Source of the DNA: Armatimonadota bacterium
Lineage (GTDB): Bacteria; Armatimonadota; HRBIN16
Assembly (NCBI GenBank): GCA_963677485.1
Contig: OY781964.1
Location: 4,768,001-4,832,000, forward strand
Reading direction: 5' to 3'
Length of the DNA stretch: 64,000 nucleotides
In this document: positions 49,126 through 60,043 of the stretch, piece by piece
Layout of the letters: each line of letters starts with the position of its first letter
How positions within the stretch are numbered: the stretch's first letter is position 1
Made by a program: the position numbers and the translations under genes
Notes under the pieces: model-generated
What the model saw: the letters and a program-made list of their open reading frames with translations, nothing else
Databases searched by the model: none
What the model was told of the DNA's origin: nothing

Positions 49126-49746
49126 CTACCTGTGAATAAGCAGACTGCTGGCTAACAGAATGAACACCACTGCCGCCACGCGCCCCAGGACACACCGAGC
49201 CTTGGGATTACCCAGGAACCGCTCACCAATCCCTCCCGCTAGCAGGGCGATGACTCCAAACACAAGCAAGGTGGCCAGTTGGAAAGTGATGCCAAGTTGC
49301 ACTACCTGAGTCCAGACAACCCCATTTGCTTCCGAAACATACCGTGGGAGCAAGGCCAGAAAGAAGATGAGAACCTTGGGGTTGGTGACATTCATCACCA
49401 CTCCTCGAAGGTATAAAGGTCCGGGAGCTAGTTGAACCGATCGGCCCTCGTGTTCTCTGCCCGCACTTCGCCAGGCCCCAACCGCCAGCCACAGTAGGTA
49501 TAGTGCCCCCATGGCCTTGATCGCGAAAAGTAGTTTCGGCGATGCAGCCACAATGGCGGCCACTCCACACGCGACCAGCGTGGTATGAACGATTAACCCT
49601 GTACATAATCCTAAAACCACCAGTAAGCCGTCTCGCTTACCGTATGCCATAGACTGGGCCAACACGAATAAGATATCCGGTCCTGGAGCTAAAGCCAGTA
49701 TCACTGACACCCCGAAGAACACAGATAATGTGGTGATCGGAACCAT
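49126..49746 (-). CDS. LysE/RhtB family translocator
   Basis: LAPGPD, NVTNPK, hydrophobic profile. Confidence 0.9.
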   Translation of the reverse strand: MVPITTLSVFFGVSVILALAPGPDILFVLAQSMAYGKRDGLLVVLGLCTGLIVHTTLVACGVAAIVAASPKLLFAIKAMGALYLLWLAVGAWRSAGREHEGRSVQLAPGPLYLRGVVMNVTNPKVLIFFLALLPRYVSEANGVVWTQVVQLGITFQLATLLVFGVIALLAGGIGERFLGNPKARCVLGRVAAVVFILLASSLLIHR

Positions 49747-49819
49747 GGGTCTGCACCTCCATACGCACCTTTATATTGTGCCAAATGATGGCCAGTCGTG
49801 CCGACCCCGTATAGTCGAT

Positions 49820-50737
49820 CTATGGTTGCTGAAGTGCCAGTCCTGTCACACGCTGCACGTAGTCCGTTTTGGCCTGGGTATAGGCTTCGCGATCCTGAGT
49901 GTGCTGTTTCGCTAGCTCATACTTCAGGGCGGCATACCGGTCTGCCTCTTCTGGATTGTTCCGCAAGTAGTCTCGAAAGGCTAACCCTACCCATAACGGA
50001 TGCCCAGCAGGAGCCATATGGATATGGCAGCAGCGTGGGCCAAGGTAATATTCACGCTTGACAAAACACATGTGGCCCCCAAATGACCAGAACTCACAGC
50101 AATCATTGCACAACGCGGGTATGGCGGTCTGGTGAGCCCACTCAAAGGATGGTATCTCAACCAGAATGTCAATCACTGGCTTTGCGGGCATTCCTGGTAT
50201 GGATGTGCTGCCGTAGTGCTCAATCCTCAGGCTGGTATCACCAATGGTGGAGATGATCTCTTCTGCATACTTAAGAAACATTTCGGGCCAGGCTGGGTTG
50301 TAATCCACCAGCTCCACATCATCTTGATACTCGCGGCTCACATCGAAGGCCGCCAGAGAGCTGAGACGCCAGTCGCACATGACAGGCTCTGCAGTTCCTG
50401 ACCACTCCGGCGGTGTGCTCATACGGAATTCGCCCACACCGTTCTGCTGCCACATCCATTCAATCGGATAGTGTTGGATGAATCTGCCTTGTGTGACCAC
50501 AAGCTCGCGATCACCACACTCTAGCCTTGTGAGATGACCGGGGATGTTGCTGGCTCCGGCCGTGTCTGCACCCAGAAACCGTGTCACACACACACCATCA
50601 TAGAATGCCTCAAAGCCGATATATCGCGATCCAGCGTCGGGGTACGTGATATCAGACCGGAGTAACCCAAACAACGAGCCATACTCGTCCATACTCCAGA
50701 TTGAACCTGCTGGTTTGATTTGGCCAGATAAAAACAT
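49820..50737 (-). CDS. GrpB-family protein with unassigned N-terminal domain
   Basis: YNPAWP, IEHYGSTSIPGMPAKPVIDI, FRDYLR, Y..LK, YTQAKT. Confidence 0.82.
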   Translation of the reverse strand: MFLSGQIKPAGSIWSMDEYGSLFGLLRSDITYPDAGSRYIGFEAFYDGVCVTRFLGADTAGASNIPGHLTRLECGDRELVVTQGRFIQHYPIEWMWQQNGVGEFRMSTPPEWSGTAEPVMCDWRLSSLAAFDVSREYQDDVELVDYNPAWPEMFLKYAEEIISTIGDTSLRIEHYGSTSIPGMPAKPVIDILVEIPSFEWAHQTAIPALCNDCCEFWSFGGHMCFVKREYYLGPRCCHIHMAPAGHPLWVGLAFRDYLRNNPEEADRYAALKYELAKQHTQDREAYTQAKTDYVQRVTGLALQQP

Positions 50738-51294
50738 CAGCCGTCTATCATTATCAGGCCGACAAACGACACCGTGTTCTGACCATTGATGTATTTCAAT
50801 CCGTGGGTTTCAAGCATCGTCTTGACGTCTATCCCAAAACCGGATATCGAAGGCACAGCTCGGTCTGGGTAGAGGCATGGGCTGTCAGGGTAGGTGCAGC
50901 TCTCACATTGCCCGCATCCGCCGTTACCAAGTGCCTTGATACGGACTTCTGGGAATTCTGTCCGCAGTTTCAAAGCGATCTCACGGACCATGTTGTTGTG
51001 CAGCACCGCCGCCTGCCCCATACCCTCGAAATCCCAGGAATCTTCCACTTCCGTGACGTTCTGAAGCACGATCCCCTTCGGAAAGCTGCGTAGTTCCTGT
51101 GAAATGAGCTCCAGCTCACCGACACCTGGAGGGCAGGTCCAATATCTACCATAGTTGCCACATGCGTTAGTCGCGCAGCTATCTCGGTAGCACTGATGAC
51201 CGACCAACAGGCTCGGATCAACCTCAACGGCGTGTGTAGCCCCATGTTGTTTTACTATTTCAATGAGGTGTTCAATTTCCAGAGTCAATTTCAT
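50737..51294 (-). CDS. DUF2284 Cys-rich metal-binding protein
   Basis: CxxxxCGNYGxxWTCPP, GGCGQCESC...C.YP, GIDV. Confidence 0.82.
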   Translation of the reverse strand: MKLTLEIEHLIEIVKQHGATHAVEVDPSLLVGHQCYRDSCATNACGNYGRYWTCPPGVGELELISQELRSFPKGIVLQNVTEVEDSWDFEGMGQAAVLHNNMVREIALKLRTEFPEVRIKALGNGGCGQCESCTYPDSPCLYPDRAVPSISGFGIDVKTMLETHGLKYINGQNTVSFVGLIMIDG

Positions 51295-51327
51295 CTCCTG
51301 ATTTCGTTGTCTATATGTGCCGGTAAC

Positions 51328-53232
51328 TTATTTCCGAAACAAACCCGAAAGCGTGCCAACAAACAACCATACATCAAGCACGGTGTTGAGCTGTTCTTCA
51401 CGCTCCTGTGCCATGTTCGCGACCGTCAGCCAGATTTCATGTGCCTTCTCTTTATCACCCGATGCTCTGGCGAATAATGCATCTGCCAGAGGGAGCGATA
51501 TCTCGGCATGATGCTTCAGGTAGTGCCAGGAGCTGTTCCAGCAACTGATATCGCCCGATAGATGCTCTTCGATGACCGGTTGGAAATCGAGTATCACCTG
51601 TCTGGCTATTTGGAACATCAAAGCCGATTCTGGACTCACGGCCGGTTTTTCACGCCGCAGATGGACGGGGTCGAACAGCTCTGACAGTCTGCTCAGATAG
51701 GCTTGGACCTGTTTACCATCAGCACCGTAAGCGCTCTTAAAGTAGTCATTGGCGATGGCATCAAAACTCAACAGGTTGTCCCATAGCGTCTGGCCGAGGG
51801 TCACCATCGGTAAACCGGTCGGGAAACAGGCACGTTGAGTCTGGCAGCTCACAAAGCCATTCAACCCTAATACTTGCAGCATTTTCACATCTTGGTTGAT
51901 CAACTCAGAGATGTTGTAGTATCCAGGGTCTTTGTAGTGATCCCACATCAAGTGGTAGTCGAAATCAAAGCTGTCACACGGGCAGTCTTGTTGCCAGGAC
52001 TGCAAGAAGGCGACATTTTCCTCCACACTCTTCGGCATCTCCAGCTCATTTCGAACGAAGGGTGCTAGCGGCAGTGGCTGAGTCTGTATGGCCAAGGGGC
52101 TGCTGTATGTGCGCGTAATCGGTGCAAACATCAGAATGAACCGGTCTGGATTGAGTATCGTATACTTTACTGGAGGCCACAGCAAGTCCACGTAAATCAA
52201 GAACACGATCTTGACCGGTATATTTCGTGAGCTCAACAGCTCATCAAGTTCATTCAGCATCTGCACGTAAAGGTCTGATGGGCGTGTATCACAGCATAAC
52301 GGGCATTCGCAATGGTTGTTACTGCCGTCAGCCAGCCAAAAATGCATGATGTCGATGTGGGGGTTCTTCACCGAATAGTCAGCGATGTCCTCCACGATGC
52401 GCCGCCGTACCTCAGGGTTACCGTAACAGAGGTTGGTGTTGAGCGGCACCCCTCCCCAAAGTTTTCGCTCGCCTTTGACCTCGGCCAGGAACTGCGTGGT
52501 AGCTTCATCAAGCTCAACATCACAGGAATCCCATGAAAGACCGCTGATGCCAAACGGCTCACAGGTCCATCCATGCCCCACGGCGTGGTAAAGCAGTCCC
52601 CTCTTGCCAATTTCGTCCACACAGTTTGCCAGATATCGCTGGGCATCGGCTACGCTGATGTGCTCCCCTTTGACCAAGGGGTTTCCCTCATGTGAATACC
52701 ATCTGTCGAAGAAGGTATAGGATTCGCGGAACTGAGTGAAGTAGCCGTTATATCCCAGTTTCGGCATCCAGTCGATGATGTTTCGCACATGATCAACGCT
52801 CACAGCACCCTCGATGCAAATCCCGCGGTGCCGATAGGACGGCGTTTCGGCTAGCGTGACACCACGTAAATGATCGACTTTCGGCACATATTCGCCATCA
52901 ACACCAGGCCTGACCCACCGGCACCCCTGTTCTGTCAGGTATCGGTAGACAGCAATCAACACACTGCGTGGATTGATGCCAGCAATAATGCCCTTACCTG
53001 AATGCACAGATATGGCGATCGCATCATCAAGAGCTGGGTCGGTCACATCAGGAACCGCCAGCTCCGGCATGTCGGCAATCAAACCCACTGAGATCGCTTC
53101 CTCGTTGACCGCATCTGTCTGAGTTACCGGAACATCATGTCCAAGCAGCAGTGACATATATTTCGTCAGCTCCGATGCTGCGAACTCAACGGTGCGGTCA
53201 TGGCCGATATATGAAATAGTGGTTGTCTTCAT
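51328..53232 (-). CDS. DUF4838-like putative glycoside hydrolase
   Basis: GH20/GH67-type N-terminal domain (AASELTKY, GCRWVRPG), LCYGNP, DG....CEC..C. Confidence 0.7.
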   Translation of the reverse strand: MKTTTISYIGHDRTVEFAASELTKYMSLLLGHDVPVTQTDAVNEEAISVGLIADMPELAVPDVTDPALDDAIAISVHSGKGIIAGINPRSVLIAVYRYLTEQGCRWVRPGVDGEYVPKVDHLRGVTLAETPSYRHRGICIEGAVSVDHVRNIIDWMPKLGYNGYFTQFRESYTFFDRWYSHEGNPLVKGEHISVADAQRYLANCVDEIGKRGLLYHAVGHGWTCEPFGISGLSWDSCDVELDEATTQFLAEVKGERKLWGGVPLNTNLCYGNPEVRRRIVEDIADYSVKNPHIDIMHFWLADGSNNHCECPLCCDTRPSDLYVQMLNELDELLSSRNIPVKIVFLIYVDLLWPPVKYTILNPDRFILMFAPITRTYSSPLAIQTQPLPLAPFVRNELEMPKSVEENVAFLQSWQQDCPCDSFDFDYHLMWDHYKDPGYYNISELINQDVKMLQVLGLNGFVSCQTQRACFPTGLPMVTLGQTLWDNLLSFDAIANDYFKSAYGADGKQVQAYLSRLSELFDPVHLRREKPAVSPESALMFQIARQVILDFQPVIEEHLSGDISCWNSSWHYLKHHAEISLPLADALFARASGDKEKAHEIWLTVANMAQEREEQLNTVLDVWLFVGTLSGLFRK

Positions 53233-53242
53233 TTATGTCTCC

Positions 53243-54364
53243 CTATTCGAATAGCCAGTCTTCTGTGATCTTTGCCCATTGGATGCAGCTACCAGTGACC
53301 GGCTGCCCGTTTGAATACGAAATCCAGATATCCCCAGACTTGGCTTGAATGATAGACGGATAGTGGTAGCTGCCCTTCACTTCCTTGCCATCATCATTCT
53401 GAAGATACTTGATACCGGCCCAACTCTCACCTTCATCGCGTGACACCGTAATGGCCAGCCGATGCCTTGAATCCTCAAGGTCGTTGTAGATCATCGCCCA
53501 CAAGCCGCTTTGAAGCCTGATGGCCTCAATGCCCGCTCCGGGGTTGGGCAGATCGGTCAGTTCCGGCTTACTCCAGCTTTCGCCTCTGTCGTTGGATATG
53601 GTTTGCAGTATGCGTTTGGGTGCCGGTCCGTTGTTGCGCATGAACGCAACCAGTGAGCCGTCTTTACGCTCCACCACGCTGGGCTGGATGCCTCCGCAAC
53701 TGATGATAGAATGACTGGTATGCCATGTTTCACCATCATCATCACTGAGAAGCATCAACGAGAAATCAAAACCATCCGAGTAGAGCGGTAATACGATGCG
53801 TTTGTCACTCAAAACCGTGGCGTGTGCCCGCGGCATCCATCCCAGCCTGCGGTACAGCTTACTGCTGCCAAGCTCCTTGATATCTTCGATCTGTTTGATC
53901 AACTTGGCTTCAGGAGCTTGGGGGTGCAATGACGAGAGATATTCATAGTCGACATTTTCGAGATCATCCATGAATGACTGGCCAGGGGTGACATGCAGCA
54001 CCTCGGAATAGTCCCATTGTGGGCAGTCCGCATCGAATGGCTGCGATATCCGACGGCTCTTCAACAAAGCGGTGTGCCATTCATTCGCCAGGATGGTCAC
54101 ATGCACCAGCCACAGCCGGTCTTGGGAATCCACAAACATACAGGGATTACAGTCAGGGTAGTCCAGCGCATCTGCTAGCAGTACCCTGTCGCTCCAGGTT
54201 GAGGTGGCTTGATGATATCTCGCCCCTTGAACGAGCACATCATCAGCTTGACGTTCGCCTGACCCATGGAACCAGCAAACCTGCATGTCTCCATTGCTCA
54301 ACTCAACGATGCATGATGCGTGGTTATGCCAGTTCTCGCGGGGAAAAATGAGACCTGTATCCAT
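53243..54364 (-). CDS. BNR-repeat (sialidase-like) protein, no signal peptide
   Basis: Asp boxes SDDDGETW, SNDRGESW, SRDEGESW; YHYPS. Confidence 0.82.
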   Translation of the reverse strand: MDTGLIFPRENWHNHASCIVELSNGDMQVCWFHGSGERQADDVLVQGARYHQATSTWSDRVLLADALDYPDCNPCMFVDSQDRLWLVHVTILANEWHTALLKSRRISQPFDADCPQWDYSEVLHVTPGQSFMDDLENVDYEYLSSLHPQAPEAKLIKQIEDIKELGSSKLYRRLGWMPRAHATVLSDKRIVLPLYSDGFDFSLMLLSDDDGETWHTSHSIISCGGIQPSVVERKDGSLVAFMRNNGPAPKRILQTISNDRGESWSKPELTDLPNPGAGIEAIRLQSGLWAMIYNDLEDSRHRLAITVSRDEGESWAGIKYLQNDDGKEVKGSYHYPSIIQAKSGDIWISYSNGQPVTGSCIQWAKITEDWLFE

Positions 54365-54440
54365 TATGTGTCGCTCCCTGTGTGCGTTGATGAAGGTATG
54401 AAATTCTGGTGACCTATCGGTGTATGGTTCCCCATACCAC

Positions 54441-55502
54441 TTATTGATTCCTTCTGTGATTTGATCGATGGCCCAGTTTAGGTACCCGTGGATAGACTGT
54501 GGTGTTATTATTCACGCGTCTCAACAAGTAGTAAGATATGATGCTTATGATAATCATCCCAACGATCATCAAGGGATACGAGATACGCCAGTTATCAGTG
54601 CCTGTCATCATTGAGTATTCAGACATACCGCCTATGCCTGACAAAAGCGTCAGAGGCATGAATATGGTGGTGATCATCGTCAATCTTTTCATTGTCGCGT
54701 TGGTATCATTCGATGCTTTCGCCATCACATTGCTGAGCATTGAGGTATGCAGTTCCATGAGGCTAGTGACGATATCGCGGTAAGCCTCGATTAGTTCGAA
54801 GAATTTAGACAGGTGGTCGTATATGTCGCGGTAATGGAAGATGGCTTCATCCGATATGTAGCTGCAATCCTTCCGACATATCTTTACCAAAATCTCACGC
54901 TCGTTGAACAGGCTCTTCCTCACGAGCAGCAGCTCTCTCCGCAAGGTCAGCATGTCCGAAACATTGAAGTCGGCAGGACGGGCCAGCATTCTCTCTTCAG
55001 CCAACTCCAGCTCATCCTCTAGCGCCTCCACGGCGATGAACTTGTGGTCTACGATATAGTCCAGAACCACATGCATCAGAAAAGCCGGGCCTTGAGAAGC
55101 CTTGGTGATATTGGATTCCACAATGCTCATCATGTCGTTGAGCGGATGGCGTTCTTTGGAGTCGTATTCACTCACTGTGATCAGGAATTTGTCGCCAATG
55201 AATATGTCAATCTCATCAACAGTAAGCTGACCTTCCTCGTATCCAAACGAGTTAAATATCAGGAAGGTGTTCCCTGGGAAATCCTCAATCTTCGGCACTT
55301 GGTTGGTGTCGATACAGTCCTCGATGGACAAAGGATGCAGCTTGAATTGAAGAGCAGCCTCACTCATCGCATCCTTGTCTGGTTTTCGGTAGTCAATCCA
55401 GATAAATCCTTCCACGGTTGCTGCGGCTACCGCGGAAGACAGGTCAGACATCCGGCTGAGAGTACCGACCGGTGATATATAGTAATAGCTAGTTTCTGCC
55501 AT
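54441..55502 (-). CDS. CorA-family Mg/Co transporter
   Basis: LHPLSIED, PKIE, RDIYDH, MKRLT, GMS variant of GMN, two C-terminal TMs. Confidence 0.88.
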   Translation of the reverse strand: MAETSYYYISPVGTLSRMSDLSSAVAAATVEGFIWIDYRKPDKDAMSEAALQFKLHPLSIEDCIDTNQVPKIEDFPGNTFLIFNSFGYEEGQLTVDEIDIFIGDKFLITVSEYDSKERHPLNDMMSIVESNITKASQGPAFLMHVVLDYIVDHKFIAVEALEDELELAEERMLARPADFNVSDMLTLRRELLLVRKSLFNEREILVKICRKDCSYISDEAIFHYRDIYDHLSKFFELIEAYRDIVTSLMELHTSMLSNVMAKASNDTNATMKRLTMITTIFMPLTLLSGIGGMSEYSMMTGTDNWRISYPLMIVGMIIISIISYYLLRRVNNNTTVYPRVPKLGHRSNHRRNQ

Positions 55503-55539
55503 TTATGCTCCTGCAGGTGGAAATACGTGATTGTGACGG

Positions 55540-58500
55540 CTATTCAACTTCTATAGCCTGTAGAATGGCGTCGTTGGCTCCCACCGCCTTCAGACTGATC
55601 GTGATCAGGCCAGCACTATCTGGTGTAATGTCTTCAACCCTGATATCTGCGGCCATATGGATCTGACCTGCCGCCTGAGCGGGGTCCCAATTCGATCTTA
55701 CCAGCTTGCCATTGATCTCGATATCCATCGGACGCTGACCGAGCTCACTCAACCACATCTCTGCGAATTTCAGATGCACCGTGTAGATACCCGGCGTGGC
55801 TTTGAGCTGATACTTCAGCGACTTCCCACTCCGAGCCGTTTGGTAAAGCGTCTGATCGTAGAGTGTTGGGGCCGCATGAGATAGAGCTGCTTCAGATTTC
55901 AACAGCACACCTTCGGTTGAGCCGTCAGCATCCCATACGAACCCGTCCCAGTCCACAAATTGCTTACCAGACCCCGCGTCGATCCGTATCGTCTGACGAA
56001 TCTCGGGAAGTATCTCAATGGCGTGCAGTAAGGCCTCGTTGCTTTTTTGCGAGGGTTCAACTCCGCCGCTCAGCTCTATGACGATCTTTCCATCTGCATT
56101 TGGCATGATGTTTCGGAAGACCCGCTCACATGCCGATTTCGATCCCCGCACCGCCTGGTTGACATCAAAGTTACGCAGCAGTTGGCGTCCATTGATCGAC
56201 AGGTTCATTGGCCGCTCGAAGCTCCACTGATACTGTGTCTCGGCCAGTTTCAGCCGAACCGAATACATCCCAGGAGTAACTGGTATTTCATAGCTGAACT
56301 GCTTTCCCTTGCGTCCGCTTTGGTAAAGCCTTTGGTCCTTAAGCGATGGCAGGGTGTTGCTGATCACCGATTTTGAGAGCACAGGCTCTCCTCCGTTGAA
56401 ACAGCTATCAGCCGACCAGACGTTACCTGTGGTGTCTTTATACTGAGACTTCGCACCACATAGAATTCGTATGCTAGAAGCCGCGTGTTTCTTTTGCGGC
56501 AGTGAATAGATGATCCTTGGCATCCATGCGATGATGTCATTCTCCCACGAGCTGCCGCGATCCAAGACAAACTTGATTTGGTCACCCTTTTGAACATCCA
56601 CAGTAATGTCGTGGGTGGCCCCAACCAGGTCGTTGAGGGGAACATCAGCCCAGCCTTGTGATGGCCAAATCTGGAGGGCATTCTGCTGGATTTTAACCTG
56701 TAAAGCACTACCCATCGACTGGTGATAACACTCCTTCATGGCTCTGCCGAGAATGCGTACCGTGCCCGACTTCTGGGAAGTCCAGACACGCACGCATTGC
56801 ACCTCGGCGGATGCCTGCTGCCAACCGCGCCCGATCCGGGCAGAGCCGGCTCCTTCCCAGTAGCCTTCCACACCGCCGATCTGGTTGGGTGTGCCGCCGA
56901 AGTCACCAGCGGGGTTCTTGATGGGTGGGATGAAGTTCATCGGCGTGTCGTCTTTACCGTCAACACCGCATACGGCACTCCAACCGTTCTGTCCCGCTTT
57001 GGCGAAATGCCCTCCTAAGGCAGCGTAAGCATCTTCACCCGGTAACTTCATGTCTAAGCTCTTCCAGGCACTCACATTGCCGTCACCATCAACCGTCCGG
57101 ACGGCATAATCGCAATCCAGACTGTTGCCTAAGGAACGATCGAAATAATACGGCGCCACACAGGATTTTCCGATGGCCACTCCATCACGGCTCACTTCGT
57201 AGTAGCTGATCCACTTGTCAGCTGGTACGGTCGACCAGTATAGGCCCACCCCTCTGTGCCCAAGATTGGTTTCGCTGCGTGCCACTAACTGGCCCGGCAT
57301 TGCCGGTGCGGTGGTGTCTGAGCCGGTGCCTGGCATATATGGTAAACCCAGGTATATCAGCCTGCTGGGGTAACTGGAGCTCAAAGAAATGCCTTTGGTC
57401 ATCAGGTCAGCACCGGAGCGCAGTGTCGTCCCCTTCTCCATGTCTGAACCGGCGATGTACTGATGAGCAGCCAACAGCCCCTGAGGATAGATGACGCTGC
57501 CATCAACGGGCTTATGCTTGATGATAATGCAGGCCTTTGTCCGATCTTGACTGGTCCGTTGGTCGAAAAGATGTGGCGCATCCCCCTTCACCACCGGGTG
57601 AAGCATATATGACCATCGGCCAACGACACCTTCTTCTCGCAGGTACCGATACTTCTCAAACAGTCGCCGAACACTCTCCCTATCCTGAAGTGAGACGCCG
57701 CCATACCACACCGGCACCATCGTGAGCTGCCTGGGTGCTACGTCGGGATTGTATTTGCTGCTCTGCTCAAGGGTGTCTATGATATCAAGCCACTTATCAG
57801 GCAGTTCTAGCAGTGAGAAAAAGTGATTTGTCTTGTCATCTCTGCCCATGTCGGAGAAGTAGTTTACATCGGCGTAGCGCTGGATTTCGAACTGGTGCGC
57901 AAACCGGCTGCCGCCATCGCATGTGTGGAATGAGGCCCGCGGGTTCGCCGTCAGGAAGTGTTCTATCTGAGCACGCATCATCGAATCATCTTGCGGATTG
58001 AACTTGCCGAACCCATCGGTTCGCCACTGGAAGTTACCCCAGGAGCCTATCTTCGTGTCCATCAAGCCTTGGGATGGACGCCCCGCCATCCACAACAGCC
58101 ATTTCATGTCCATCTTGCCCAGGTATCGTAGAGTCTCGGCATAATCGGGCCCCTCATGCGATGGTGAGAACACGACCCCGTAGTTGTCAGGCACTGGCCA
58201 TCCAGGATATTTACTCCAACCGGCATCATCCCAGAGCATTTCAATGCCGACTTCACGCAGGATATCCGAATCCATGTCCAGATTTGCCAGACGCGCGGCA
58301 AACTGCTCCTGCAGGTTTCGTGAGCAAAAGAACCAGGGGGTGGCGTAGGCCGTCCTGCCATAGAACTCGCTGTTGGTGAAGTCCCACAGGTATTCGTATT
58401 GCCAGTCGTACACCTGCTGCCCCATATCGTCTAGATCCGTTTTGAAGACCCCGATGGTGGCCAACGGCAGCTTCACACTCTCACCCGCTGCCAGTTTTCG

Positions 58501-59829
58501 ATCGGTCCACTCTGGCAGTGAGGATGTTAGCACAGATTGTTGCGGATTATGATCGAACCCTATCGTCCAGGTGCCCAGGGTATCGAGGGTGACAAAATAC
58601 CCATCATCTCGTGAGCCGGAGTGTTGAAGGGCCATCCATGGGATGTAGTTATCTGTCTTTTCACCCAGCAGTGTGCGGTGGTAGTCAGATGTCACCGCGG
58701 CACTCTCAAGCTGCCCCTGGTTGGGCCTGCTTGTGCCGCCACACATCCAGTAGTTAGTCAACTTAGATTCGGATTGGCCGCCCATACCCAGCACCACTGG
58801 TGACACTGAGGGCAGCTTGACCAAATAAGATGAGGTGTTTTGAATCTCGACCCACTGCCTTAGTATCGCCGTACCCGGGTAGGCCTGCACATGCAAAATA
58901 GCAGTCAGCGAGTCACCACTGGCGGTGATGTTCAGTTGGACTGCCGGCCGTCCGCCGACCGCCACTTTCTCAGCCGTGGCAGAGATAACTCTCCATCCAT
59001 TTACAGTATGAAGCGACTGGTTTTGTTTCTCAGATATTCGCAACACGCTTACTTTCGATGAAGGCGATCCTGCTCTTTGTATCGCCTTACCGCGGATGGT
59101 CACTGTGCCATCTTTGGGGGCTTTCCAAACCCGAATCAAGTCCAGCGAGTTCAGGATGTGGTAGCCTGTGGGAGTGATTTGGGAACACTCAAATGGTGCC
59201 CGGTAGCCGGTGGCGACACGTGCCGGTTCATTACCAGGCTCGGTTGGAGCCAGGAACTCCCCCATGAGATCCATGCTGCCGGTGTTCGCCGCTCGGGTGT
59301 AATAATACCAAACCGGCCCCTGGTTCAACGCTTTATCGTCAGATGCCGTGTACGATTCATTCTCGGAGTATGAGAGGGTCACATCCCATGTCACGACGGC
59401 CCCGTTCACGTCATCCCGAATCCCTTCGGAAAAGCCGACCAGATCACCCTTTTTGACCGTGAGTTTCAAGCCAGAATCCGCCGGATCGGCGTCTGTGCCC
59501 ACTGTCAGCTTTTTCGCCCATACCTCGTGAATATCAAACGATCCAGTATCTGGAAGGCTCTCGACACCAAACGGAGAGTGTGCTGTGGCGTTCGTGACAT
59601 ATTCGCGGTTCGGTGTGGTCAACTTATTGCGAAAACTGGACAGAACAAACTGACCGTCTTTAGATTCGTAGCTCATCTGAACCGCTTTAGTTCCGATGCT
59701 GCAGTGGCTGCCGTCGGCCGTGCACCTGGCAAAAGCGTCCGCTTGTTTAACCTCTGCGGCACCTGCTGACGTCGCGAGTATAGAAATATAGGCGATAATT
59801 GCAACGAAAGGGATGATGCACGGGCTCAT
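55540..59829 (-). CDS. Large secreted multidomain glycoside hydrolase (GH36/clan-D-like core, FnIII-like, two malectin domains)
   Basis: Signal peptide; LWDDAGW, WRTDG; malectin motifs LYQSGR, VRLKLAE, LYQTAR, VHLKFAE. Confidence 0.72.
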   Translation of the reverse strand: MSPCIIPFVAIIAYISILATSAGAAEVKQADAFARCTADGSHCSIGTKAVQMSYESKDGQFVLSSFRNKLTTPNREYVTNATAHSPFGVESLPDTGSFDIHEVWAKKLTVGTDADPADSGLKLTVKKGDLVGFSEGIRDDVNGAVVTWDVTLSYSENESYTASDDKALNQGPVWYYYTRAANTGSMDLMGEFLAPTEPGNEPARVATGYRAPFECSQITPTGYHILNSLDLIRVWKAPKDGTVTIRGKAIQRAGSPSSKVSVLRISEKQNQSLHTVNGWRVISATAEKVAVGGRPAVQLNITASGDSLTAILHVQAYPGTAILRQWVEIQNTSSYLVKLPSVSPVVLGMGGQSESKLTNYWMCGGTSRPNQGQLESAAVTSDYHRTLLGEKTDNYIPWMALQHSGSRDDGYFVTLDTLGTWTIGFDHNPQQSVLTSSLPEWTDRKLAAGESVKLPLATIGVFKTDLDDMGQQVYDWQYEYLWDFTNSEFYGRTAYATPWFFCSRNLQEQFAARLANLDMDSDILREVGIEMLWDDAGWSKYPGWPVPDNYGVVFSPSHEGPDYAETLRYLGKMDMKWLLWMAGRPSQGLMDTKIGSWGNFQWRTDGFGKFNPQDDSMMRAQIEHFLTANPRASFHTCDGGSRFAHQFEIQRYADVNYFSDMGRDDKTNHFFSLLELPDKWLDIIDTLEQSSKYNPDVAPRQLTMVPVWYGGVSLQDRESVRRLFEKYRYLREEGVVGRWSYMLHPVVKGDAPHLFDQRTSQDRTKACIIIKHKPVDGSVIYPQGLLAAHQYIAGSDMEKGTTLRSGADLMTKGISLSSSYPSRLIYLGLPYMPGTGSDTTAPAMPGQLVARSETNLGHRGVGLYWSTVPADKWISYYEVSRDGVAIGKSCVAPYYFDRSLGNSLDCDYAVRTVDGDGNVSAWKSLDMKLPGEDAYAALGGHFAKAGQNGWSAVCGVDGKDDTPMNFIPPIKNPAGDFGGTPNQIGGVEGYWEGAGSARIGRGWQQASAEVQCVRVWTSQKSGTVRILGRAMKECYHQSMGSALQVKIQQNALQIWPSQGWADVPLNDLVGATHDITVDVQKGDQIKFVLDRGSSWENDIIAWMPRIIYSLPQKKHAASSIRILCGAKSQYKDTTGNVWSADSCFNGGEPVLSKSVISNTLPSLKDQRLYQSGRKGKQFSYEIPVTPGMYSVRLKLAETQYQWSFERPMNLSINGRQLLRNFDVNQAVRGSKSACERVFRNIMPNADGKIVIELSGGVEPSQKSNEALLHAIEILPEIRQTIRIDAGSGKQFVDWDGFVWDADGSTEGVLLKSEAALSHAAPTLYDQTLYQTARSGKSLKYQLKATPGIYTVHLKFAEMWLSELGQRPMDIEINGKLVRSNWDPAQAAGQIHMAADIRVEDITPDSAGLITISLKAVGANDAILQAIEVE

Positions 59830-60043
59830 GACTCACCTGTCCTTAGGAATTCCTGGTCAATATTAGATGATCACCGAGATAAGGTGACATTGCTAGAATA
59901 CGGCAGTCATGTCGTCATATCCTTGTTTTAGTGATGTGTTCATACCGAGTCACCCGATTATATATACCGAGATATGAACGAAAGTGATCGTATCGTTGTG
60001 TACACTAGAAAGTGGAAGCCATGGTCGACCGGAAGGATAAGGA

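Noticed and set aside
54441-54700. CorA GMS instead of GMN
   Set aside because: Single-residue variant in an otherwise ordinary CorA-family transporter; not enough to claim a new function.
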